From: Marsupella aquatica
Taxonomy: Eukaryota > Plantae > Marchantiophyta
Reading direction: 5' to 3'
Length of the DNA stretch: 64,000 nucleotides
Assembly: GCA_973895155.1 (NCBI GenBank)
Contig: OZ316891.1
Location: 20,658,169-20,722,168 of the forward strand
Below the pieces are notes generated by a model. That model was not told the DNA's origin. It saw nothing but the letters and a program-made list of their open reading frames with translations, and did no database searches. This document shows positions 27,100 to 39,499 of this stretch, piece by piece; within the stretch, counting starts at the first letter, position 1; every line of letters begins with the position of its first letter. The position numbers and the translations under genes are program-made.

Positions 27100-30095
27100 A
27101 TGGCGGCCCAGAAGCTGCCGATGCCGGGATTGCGAGACAGAACAGGAGGCGAAGAAGGAGAAGATTTAGCAGCAGGAAGAGGATTTGGTGTATTTACTCC
27201 GTCTCATGGACAGCGGGGGGTGGGGAATGAGAATGGTTGTGCTGCTCCCGTTTTTGCTACTGGGGGACGAGGGGAGCAACAACAACAACAAGCTAGATGT
27301 AGCAACAGCAGCACCCAGGCAGGGCTGGCATCGTCCATTATGCAGCCCTTGCCTTTGGCATCGAGGTACGTGGGTGCAGCCAAGCAGGACGCCGTCCACC
27401 CTGCGTCCTCGGCTCTTGGAAGCATCTGGATTCGGCGCTTCCTCCCCGCCCCTGGAGGGTCTACTGGAGCAGAATTGGGCAAGGAAGTGACCCGTGCGCC
27501 TACAGCAGTAGGCTGGGAAGGACGAGAAGCAGCAGGAGGAGGTTGGGAGTATGGCTCTCAACCTGCCGGGCCCTTGCTACTGGCTGCAGTACCCAATGAA
27601 CAATACAAGGAGCATCAACAGCAGCGGGAGGGTGGGATGGCCAAAGCTTGGATGGGGCACTATAGTTCTAGAGACACATCCGGCAAGGTTTCTAGAAATG
27701 GGGAGTATATCCCGAAAGGGAAAGGTCCGCTGGAGAGGGAGGAGAAGGAGTCTCGGCAGGAGACGACTGTAGTCATGGATGAACTGGCAGATAATGGTGC
27801 TAAAGAAACGCTCCGAAAAGTCAGCACTCCGCCTAGTCATGCCGGGGGTGCGGCCTATTCAGTCGAAGGAAGCAGCAAACTACTGCAGCAGCACGAGGGG
27901 AATTATAGAGCCGTCCTCTCTACGCGAGGTGAATCCCATGCCAGGTTGACAGGTTTTGGTCCTTTCCAGGTGCCCAAGAAGCCACCCGCCAGCGATTATG
28001 GGAAGGTTGGTGCTAGTGGTGGTGGTCCTAAAATGAAAGGGATGGATGTGGATGCTCGAGTAGAGGCAGATGCACGTACGGCAGCTGCTCAACCTGACGC
28101 CCATCGATTTTCCAGTGACGCCAATGACTTGTTAGATCGCAAGCCCAGCGGCACGTCAACGATGGCGTCGCAGACTGGTACGCAGTTCACCCCTCCCTCG
28201 AAATTTAAACCGTTGGAAGATCCGTGGTCTGGCCGGCCAAGTTGCGCAGTTGAATTTGCTGGTGCTTGGGGAATTCGTAGGCTGACGAAGAAAGAGGATG
28301 TCGAACCAGACGTTGGTGGCGGCAGGCCTTTCATGGCCCAACTGGATGAAGGAGGAGCTGGGGAGACTGTGGCTGTGGTGGGGGAAGGTGGGGGATTGAA
28401 AGTGTGTGAATCCGCCGCACGTTTCAATCCGTTCGGCGAAGGGAACTCTAAGGTCAGTTCGGAGCTTGGGCACAATAAGTGTCTGGATCATGAGAGTGGA
28501 GTTGACAAGATAAAGACAGGCAGCAGCCGTAAATTCAACAACGGTGACGTATTTGTCTCGAGCCACCCTCCCGCCAACTTGGGGAGAAAGGAGGATGGCG
28601 GACAAGCTAGAGAAAGTAAAATTTTCAGTTGGGCAGCGGAGGATGCGGGTGCCATGCTGAATGCTGGAGCGGGATTGCCAACAGGCCTCGAGAATAGGAA
28701 AATGAAAGGAGTGGTGGGTTCTGGGTTTCGGGGTGGAAGACACACGGTAACAGGACCTTTACAGCTGCCGCATTCTCAAGAAATTCCCTCCGATGCGTTG
28801 CATCCTTTGCAGGGAGATTTCTTCAGTGGTAAGGTAGGGCACCCGTTACCTTTTTCTCCCCATAGTAGCTTCCCTGGAGAAGATATCTCTGGAGAAGATA
28901 CAAGGACATCTAGAGGAAGGGCAGATCGTGCAAAGTCTCCACTGACCCCACTCTTCGGTGCTCCGAAAGTTTACGAGGACGGAATGGACGCCCGGGCAAC
29001 ACAATCCGAACAGCATCCACCATGGACGTCATTATATGCCGCCTTTAAGGGACTAAAGCACGCAGATGGTCCAAATTCAAGCGCTTCAACTCCAACGTTG
29101 CCACTTGATGTGCATTCAGGATTACAGGATGGATCCGTGCCTGCCAACCGCCCTTTGGAGGGTCATAACGCCAACGGAAACCGCGACGAAGGGAGTGGAG
29201 GAGGAGGGCGTGGAAGTAATGAGGCTCATTTCCCCGCATCCCCGGAGGCTCGTAGTCGTTTCGACAACCAGTCCTCGCACTTTTCTAGTTCTCCATGGCC
29301 TGATGACGAGGGTCACATCCCGAATGATGATGCAGGTTCTGGCCCTAATCGTTCACAGGCAACTGGTTCCGACTATCATTCACAGGCTATTCGTGTTGCA
29401 ACTCGAACTTCGAGTGAGTATAAGGGGAAACATATGAGCACGTACGGGTGCGACCCGGGTAGTGAGACAGAGGGTCCTGATAAGGCTGCAAGAAACAGAG
29501 AGTCGTCTGCCAGCGAACCCGAATTAAGGAAGTACGCTGACATTCAAGGAAAAGGTGACTTTTACTTCTCCCTCCTACCCTAGATATGAATGAAGAAGCT
29601 GCCATTTGCCTGCTGCTAATCCTGCTTTCCAAACATGAACAAGGAAATGATGGATGGATGGATGCGTGAAGGATTGTTTCATGCTTTGTCTGTCAAAACC
29701 TTTCCCTTTCACAGGCGATTATTATGACGATTCTGATGTTCATTGTATTACACAACCTGTGTGTCCTGTGAAGAGTGTCGTCTTATCTCAAAGCTCTCTT
29801 CGATCTTTTTTGTAGTCACTGTTTTATACAGAATGACGAGCCAATGAATGTCATTGACATCATGCCTTTAGTGCCCCGGCAACGAAGTGTTGCTCGTCAT
29901 TTGTCTGCCAGCACGGCGATCTCTCAAATTCGTCTTCACCAGAGTGTATCATTTGCATATTTTCACGTATTGTATACTTACGTATCAGGGAAGTTGTATT
30001 TAGATATATGTTCAACAGGCTTGCTATCCAAAGAAACCTTTTTTCTGGATTGATGGGAACTGGGAATCATGAACTGGGAATCATTTGGCTAATGG

Positions 30096-30139
<44 letters not shown>

Positions 30140-31689
30140 TTATGGGAATCAGTGTCTCTAGATCTCAGTTCCGGATGGCTTATTGATTGGCCAATACTTG
30201 GTCTAACTTTGCTGTTTCTGACTGGGACGCAGATGAAGGACAACACATTTCAAACGGAAGAAATCAGGTAAGTTGTAACCACTACAATCGAAACGGAGCA
30301 ATTACGTTTGCCTCAGGGTTCATGCTGGCCTGAAAGTTTTGTTATGTGACCAATCTTTAAAGTTGGGAGGAATTGCACTAACCTCTGGGTTTACAATCTG
30401 TCTGCATTCTGATGATCTCCCTTTAGTCAGGTTGCTGGCAAGATTCACTTCTTTAGTTAGCCCATGTTAGTAAATATTAATGGCGGAAATTAGGGTTTTG
30501 TGTTTGTAACTAGTGGCTGGGATGCTAAATGAATTAGAAAGAGACATCTGAGGTATTCTTCTTCTGGTTGTTGTTCACCAGGTAGTACTTTCTAGATCAT
30601 GTGTGGTATTTGTTGCATGCCTGGGAAGGTTTAGTCAAGAAGTCATATGTTTGAGCAACAAATTCAGTCCTGATCATGATTTGGCTATTGCAGGCTCATG
30701 TACCTTCAATACCTATCAAGCACTCCCCCACGCAGGCTGCATCAGGACACAAAGATGACACTAGCGATTCGTCTCCTCCATCATATCCAGCAGGCTACTA
30801 CAGCACAGATTCACCCCTACTACCTAGGGGCATTGTAGATGAGCATCTATTAAGTTTTGGAGGTAAATTGAAGAATGTAGAGGTGGATTCTGAAATGGAA
30901 GGGAGCCGAGTTCCTAGAATGCGTAAAGGCATTAGAAGGGATGAAGTAGGATTTGCGCCAAAAAGGACAAAGGAAAGCATGAATTCGTTAATGCTCGAAA
31001 ATGATGCGGTTTTCAGAGGACAAAAGGAAGTCCTTGCTTTCCCCAGCAAAGACTTAGAGAGAGTTCAGCCCCTTGCGAGAGATATCAACAGACAGGGTAG
31101 GTCAAATGAAGGACTAGAACCTGGGCTGAGGAATTTCAAATTGCGAACGTCCGGGGAAGCAATGGGAGAGTGTGGCATTTCTATACCTTCTAAGCGAACT
31201 CGCCTCAATTCAAACCTAGGCTCAAATTATTCAGGATCACCGATGGCAGGTTCAGGGATGCCCTCAAGCTGGTTGACGCGGTGGCTGCCAGCATCTACTG
31301 GTAGTTCTGCCAAGTCCCCTGCTGGTTTTGCTAGACCCAAAGATGACCCTAGGAATGAGCCACCAAGGAGCAATGGCAACACCAAATTTACGGTGTTTTC
31401 TGACGACCGAAGTGCACAAGCAAGGACCGCGGAATTTTCAAAGGGAAAGGAGACAGAGACAAGGAATGAGACGAAATCCAGGAATGTTGCGAAAGGTTTC
31501 TCTGCAACTTTAGGACTCCTGGCTCTGCCACCTCATCCTGTCCCAAGTGCTGCAGCCATGGCTTTGGTTGGTACAGCTGCAAGGAAGATGGGACCTTTCC
31601 CTCAACAACGAATGGGCCCAGTTGCAATGTGGCCACCAGTGCATTTACATACTGCTCAAGCCCCTGAGGGTAGCCAGCGATCTTCTTAA
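27100..31689 (+). CDS. Large, mostly low-complexity protein resembling the PCH1/PCHL (PHOTOPERIODIC CONTROL OF HYPOCOTYL 1) family
   Basis: Exon 27100-29554 (open >800 codons) and last exon 30694-31689, joined in frame by micro-exon 30233-30267 (possible extra exons 29715-29758 and 29832-29943). Motifs KAWMGHY, SWLTRWLP and PSAAAMALVGTAARKMGPFPQQRMGPVAMW resemble remembered PCH1-family motifs WMAHW, WIxRW and PSIAAMALMGKA...W. The gene is well supported; the family call is moderate. Confidence 0.7.
30098..30137. repeat. (TA)n microsatellite, intronic
   Basis: Direct reading. Confidence 0.95.
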
Positions 31690-33271
31690 AGCTCGGAGCT
31701 GCCTCTGTATGTTGAGCGTTCAGAGTTCACACCCAACAATAGACTTTAGCACAAGTTCGTGTTCAGCTGACGTCTGAGGCCAGTATCAACGGTTTTCACC
31801 TCATTCAAAGGTTGGTGATTCTTTTATACTGCTCAAACGACCAGTTTGTTATCTTGTGATTTCAGCACTCACATTCAATGTCCTGGCGTTTGTCGTTAAG
31901 CTCCATTGTTACTTGCAGACCTAGCACGTACTCAACTAAATCAGTAAATCAAGATCAATCCCAAGGATAAAGCATTGTCAAACACGTGCTGCAAAGGACG
32001 TGTCAGAATACTTTGTTGCAATTAACCGCATTGTCTCTCTGTGAGAGGTTGTCCATCAGGCTAGGTAGGTTGGGTCATGTAATAAAGTTCTGGGCCTCCT
32101 TAATGGTTAGTTTTGGGAGTTTTCTTTGGAGTCCAGGTGATAAAACATTGGTCTGACTGCTCATGGGACCCTTGCATGTCATCTAAAAGTCGAGGGAACG
32201 GCAGCTGAGTATTTGTAGTACGAAGGATATTTTTCCTCCTCTAATTCTCCTTTTGGCGATTCCCAGTTCCCAGTTAGCTGATTGATAATTGACTTCTTCA
32301 TTTTCTATGCAGGTCAGGGAGTAAACCCCTTTACTGAATATGGTACAATGTTCGCACCAGTGAATGTGAAAAATGTACAGTGCCGTAGGGGAAGTTTTTG
32401 TTGTAGAGCAAAGTAATATATACAATTCTTTACCACATGGTTCATTCAGATACTGATTGTGGTCGGCTCAGAATTGCCAGTTAGTATTAGTCTGCATTAC
32501 TTGTGCGTGAGAGCGCTGATTTCGGTCAGCTCCCAGTACGTGTTCATGCTCTTCTCCAAATCGGGATGTAGTCGATCACTTTGTAACATGCTGTTACAAC
32601 ACGCAGCCTGCCAAATTTGTTATTGATGATTGGTAGCTGATTGTAATAGAGCACAATTTCTGTAGGTTGTAAAATCAGTAAATTGGTCAAAGTAAGATGC
32701 AGATCAAGCCAGCTGGCATTTTTGGTAGTGAAAGCATGCGTCACTGACTTCTTATGGCAGGTACAGTGAGGTGGTAGTTCAGTGAATCACTCAGATTCTC
32801 TCAGTTACTTTTTGGACCGGGCATCTGTAGCTCACGTATTGAGTACTAGATGTTTGGATCCTGTTGTTCGCAACTGTGTAAGACCACAATATGGTGGACA
32901 GTCATGATCTTGTGAGGACTACTTGTATGGGCTAAGTCAGATCTCAAATTTCTTGGGACGATTCTGCATTCATGTTTTTGATCAACAGCTGTGAAGCAGT
33001 CTGTATGCATATACCACAGGATAACATGCGATGCAGGTCCCAACACATGTATCGCGAGGGTGATGGCTATTAAAGGACACTTACAAGGATGACGGACTTC
33101 CTCTGGCATACTGTGGACCCAGGTACCCAGGTGGGGGGTAGATTTTGTTTGCTATATTCGTTATATATTATGAGCGTCTTTTGTGATACAAGTTTACACT
33201 CCATGAATTACGTGATGGCTGGAGGGAAAAAGAATTCGAATATTGGCTTTGAAGAGACATGAATCAGTAGA

Positions 33272-33600
33272 CAAACTACTAAGTAAACAAGGCTCCCTTA
33301 GCTTGGTCGTCTGAGCTGACTAATACTAGTGAGTAGACCCCTTCGTTAGCTTGGTCGTCTGAGCTGATTAATACTACTGAGTAGACCCCTTCGTTAGCTT
33401 TGTCTTCTGAGCTGACCAAAACTAGTGAGTAAACAAGGCTCCCTCAGCTTTGTCTTATGAGCGACCAGAACTAGTGAGTAAACGCAGGCTTCGTTAGTTT
33501 TGTCTTCAGCTGACCAAAACTAGTGAGTAAACAAGGCTCCCTTGGCTTTGTCTTATGAGCGACCAGAACTAGTGAGTAAGCGCTGGCTCCCTTAGCTTTC
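33272..33600. repeat. ~49-bp tandem array (~7 copies), each unit shaped like a Helitron 3' end
   Basis: aCTAGtgagtaa-acaaggct-ccctc-agctttgt; CTAG at 33326, 33422, 33471, 33520 and 33569. Confidence 0.85.
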
Positions 33601-34796
33601 TTTGCTCAAGCTCCTTGCTGAGCAACTTCAGGCTTCTGGTGCACACCGAAACGATTCCTAAGCTATCCTCCGTGTACTCTTAAGAAGCAAAAGAGAACTC
33701 AGTCAAGTCGAAATCGAAATGGCTAGTTTTATAGTTTTCAAGATACATGGCTCCCTGCTGAGCAAACGCTAGCTTCCTTAGCTCAAGCTCCGTGCCGAGC
33801 AATTTCAAGCTTCCGGGGCACACCCAAACGATGCCTAAGTCTTGCTATCATTTTAATACATTCATTGTTGGCCTACTAGAATTCAATAACCTGCTCCTCC
33901 AATAACCTGCTACTTCCATGGCCATGGCTGGACACGAGTGGATCCTGTTCAAATTTACGATTCCTTGAAATATAGGTACTACAAGGTTTACATTGTTTAC
34001 TCTCCTTCTAAAATGCTCTCCCCTAAACTAAAATCTATTTGTGACCTTTGCTGTACCTGTTCCTTGAGCAGCTACCTACGAGTTTCATCAGCTTGAACAT
34101 CGACTTTAGATTTCTTAAAGATCATCTCCTCTTGCTTAGTGATTTGGTCAAGAAAAGCATTGGCGAACTTGGTTTCTTCTTGAGCAAATGATTGTGGAGC
34201 TTGTACTTCCGTTTCTTGTTGGAGTGACATGACGTCGATTGGCGCCTTCACTCTCATGACAGATAATTTTCATACTACCAATCCTTCCTGACTGATTGCT
34301 ACGACACTCCTCACATAAGTCGACCCAGCTTGTGCTGTCATTCTGGTCCTTCCTGAATGATTGCTACATCCTGAAGGACAAGCCTCGTGACCAGAAAGGG
34401 GTACGTTTAAGATTTGAAATGGTCCATCAATCACTGTTCCTTCACTGATTGCGTTGGTGCGGACTACTGTAGCCCTACCTCTAACCAAGCCAGGCCCTCC
34501 TAGAACCAATACAAGCCCATGACAACACTACATATAGGTCAGGGTCTATTCATGAGATCAGTCGACAAGCTCGTTAAGCTCATTGTGCACACTGATTGAA
34601 TCACCTCAAACTCCATTAATTGCGCGGACTACCATAGTACTACGTCTAACCAAGCCAGGCCGCTCCTAGAATCAATACAAGGACGAATATAACCCGACAA
34701 AACAAAGGAATTTCAAGCAAGCCCATCGGTCTTACCGATCAATCCGCTCAAAACAATGACAACATTAATTACAAATAAGGGTCTATTCGTGAGATC

Positions 34797-36720
34797 ACTC
34801 CACGTTAAATCAGCCAAGGCCTCCGCACTGCCAGAAAACAAACCTAGATAAGGTATCTGTGAGTTCCGCACTGCCAGAAAACAAACCTAGATAAGGTATC
34901 TGTGAGTTCCGCACTGCCAGAAAACAAACCTAGATAAGGTATCTGTGAGTTGCAAAGTAGGAGCTGGAATGAATGTGTCTCTGGTTTGTGTTTTGGAAGA
35001 GCGGACGTCTCATATAGACGATGATTTAACCGTGAGTGAGAAAGGTCCCCTTCTCAATTATTAGAAGAGTTCATTTCGGATCGAGCAAGCGGCAACAGCA
35101 AAGACTCAGCGAGAAGTAGATTTTCTCGATGAAAAGCCTGAAATGTCACCCACCTTAACGGAAATTATTACAGAATTCAATTGGGTATGGAGCAAGCAGT
35201 TAGAAAAAGACTCAGCGACAAGTCTATCAGCTCGATGAAAACCCAAAAAAGTCAATCCACGTTAAATCAGCCTCTACTTAAGGCCTCCGCACTGCCAGAA
35301 AACAAACCCAGATAAGGTGTCTGTGAGTTGCAAATTAGGAGCTGGAATGAATGTGTCTCTTGGTTTGTGTTTTGGAAGTGCGGATGTCTTAGATAGCTGA
35401 TGATTTAACCGTGAGTGAGAAAGGTTCCCTTCTCAATCATTAGAAGAGTTCATTTCGGATCGAGCAAGCCGCAACAGCAAACACTCAGCGAGAAGTAGAT
35501 TTGCTCGATGAAAAGCCTGAAATGTCACCCACCTTAACGGAAATTATCACAGAATTCAATTGGGTATGGAGCAAGCAGTTAGAAAAAGACTTAGCGACAA
35601 GTCCATCAGCTCGATGAAAACCCCAAAAAGTCACTCCACGTTAAATCAGCCTCTACCTAAGGCCTCCGCACTGCCAGAAAACAAACCCAGATAAGGTGTC
35701 TGTGAGTTGCAAAATAGGAGCTGGAATGAATGTGTCTCTTGGTTTGTGTTTTGGAAGTGCGGATGTCTTGGATAGCTGATGATTTAACCGTGAGTGAGAA
35801 AGGTCCCCTTCTCAATTATTAGAAGAGTTCATTTCGGATCGAGCAAGCCGCAACAGCAAACACTCAGCGAGAAGTAGATTTGCTCGATGAAAAGCCTGAA
35901 ATGTCACCCACCTTTCGGAAATTATCACAGAATTCAATTGGGTATGGAGCAAGCAGTTAGAAAAGGACTCAGCGACAAGTCCATCAGCTCGATGAAAACC
36001 CCAAAAAGTCACTCCACGTTAAATCAGCCTCTACTTAAGGCCTCCGCACTGCCAGAAAACAAACCCAGATAAGGTGTCTGTGAGTTGCAAAATAGGAGCT
36101 GGAATGAATGTGTCTGTTGGTTTGTGTTTTGGAAGTGCGGATGTCTTAGATAGTTGATGACTTAACCCTGAGTGAGAGGTCCCCTTCTCAATTATTAGAA
36201 GAGTTCAATTCGGATCGAGCAAGCGGTAAGAGCAAAGACTCAGCAAGAAGTAGATTTGCTCGATGACAAGCCTGAAATGTCACGGAAATTGTCACAAGAA
36301 TTCAATTGGGTATAGAGCAAGCAGTTAGGAAAGGCCTCAGCGACTCGATGAACACCTGGAAATGTCACTCCCCTTGTAGTAAATTCTTACAAGAGTTCAA
36401 CAAGTCAAGTCTCAGCTCGATGAAAACCTGGAAATGTCACTCTGTCGGAAAGTATTTTAAAAGTTCAACTGGGATGGAGCAAGCAGTGAAACTGAGGCTC
36501 AGGGACAAGTCTATCAGCTCGATGAAAGCCGGAAATATCTCTCGCCTTCTGTCGGAAATTATTACAAGAGTTCAATTAGGATTGAGCAAGCAGTAAAAGC
36601 AAAGACTCAGGGAGAAGTCGATGAGTTCAATGCAAACCCGAAAAGGTCACCCTCTTCAACCGAGTGTTGAATTGGGATGGAGCAAGCAGTGCAGTCAAGA
36701 CTCGGTGAGGAAGAGACGGC
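34797..36720. repeat. ~379-bp higher-order tandem repeat built on a ~90-bp subunit
   Basis: cacgttaaatcagcc at 34801, 35258, 35637 and 36015; 43-bp triplication at ~34822-34950; free subunits at 36280-36720. Confidence 0.9.
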
Positions 36721-36789
36721 GACAGAGCGAAGCCAGTGAGTGAGTTCCTACCTAGCCAAAAAACAATTGCATTCCAAGGTAAGATATGG

Positions 36790-36860
36790 TAGGACGTTCC
36801 TGCTATACAAAGCATACCGCCGATGAGTATCAAGGGCGGCATGATCTCCAATCAAGGCAT
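36790..36860 (-). pseudogene. NDUFA1: 5' fragment of complex I subunit NDUFA1 (MWFE) with a premature stop
   Basis: ATG CCT TGA TTG GAG ATC... reads MP*LEIMPPLILIGGMLCIAGT, against plant NDUFA1 WLEAMLPLGIIGGMLCIMGN. The Trp codon is TGA and the rest of the gene is absent. Confidence 0.7.
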
Positions 36861-37027
36861 TGTGCCTGCTTTCGCTGCTTCCTTCCCAGTCGAGACACGG
36901 TCACTAAAGCTTGAATTGGTGTCAGATCGTCTACCTTTCAAATCCTCAAGAAAGACCGAAGCACGTTACACGCTAATATTGATATAGCTGACTGTCGGAT
37001 TATGACTAGAATGAACTCGAATGGTCA

Positions 37028-38185
<1,158 letters not shown>

Positions 38186-39499
38186 CTTCAACAATGACCG
38201 GCACTATTGACCCTGCACACCATAAGAAACACCAAGATCTTTTTCAGGTCCGACGTCTTAGTTTACTATAACCGACTCTCCTTTACTAGTCTGCTTTTGG
38301 GCGCATCAGCAGAATCGCCTCTGCAGATAATTAACAGTGCAATGTTGTCAATGCAAAGTCTAACGAAGGGACGAAGTTTTTGCCGTCAGTGTTGTCAGTA
38401 TCAGACGTGCTAGGAACTTAGAGCAGCTAATTACTATCGGTCCAGGATTTGATTTCAATTCATCCCACAATGGGTCATCGGCAGCGCCTCTAAAACAGAA
38501 GAAGAAACGACCTCTTAAGCAAATAGCTAAAACAGCAAGCAAGCTGAGTGCGGCTCTCGAAGAACTGAACTTATATGTTGGACATCAAAATGAGAGTAGA
38601 ATCGTCATCATATCATGTTTAGATTATAGTGGATACCTGAAGCTGTATCTCCTTGTCCAAATGAATCAATCGCCCTCGATCCTTGTGCCGGACCGAGATC
38701 ACTCCACAGGATAAGAGCACGAAGCTCGTCGAAGAGCACCGAGAGGTCATTCCGGAGGAGAGTGCACGTCAAGTGGCTGGAAGAAGAGTAGGACAAGGGC
38801 AAATTAGAATCGGGAGAGGTAAATGGTAATCGTAACGGTGCACCGGAGTATCTTGCTGCTGTTGCATGCCGAACATGAAATGGTGAGCAGGTGAAGCGGA
38901 AAGAGAAGAAGGGCAACGGTTTCTTGCTTAGAACAAAGCACAAACTTCGCCAGAGGTAGATATCAGCAAGAGTTTAGATGGCCGAACTTCGCCAGAGGTC
39001 GATATCAGCAAGAATTCAAATGGCGCGATCCTGAGGTTAGTAATAAGACGGTAGTAATAAGAGAGATAAGACGAAGAACAATGAGCTAAAGGACGCCATT
39101 ATTTAGAAGTGAGAACTCCTACTCACCTCCATCCTCCATGCTTTTGTTCACCTTCCGTTGCAAACAAAGAAGACGCCTCACCCACTAAGTAACTCAGCAC
39201 ATTTCAGCACATTCCATCGCTGAGACAGATACAAAGTTGAAACAAAGTTCTGTGAGTCTGCGCAGTGCGAGCCACCGGGCATTCAAATAGAGCACCGTCC
39301 ATTTAAATAGAGCTGAACCAGTACATGCAAAAGGTATGACGCTCCTGAAAATTCTGATGAATTGAGAGACTACTGTACACACTCGGCCGATCGATCGAAT
39401 CTGAATATCCGTAGAGCTTCATCATGAAGCCGTGCAGCGCAGCTCGGTACAGTCCACCGTCAACCACCACATTGTTATCACGAAACCGTGCAGTGCAGC

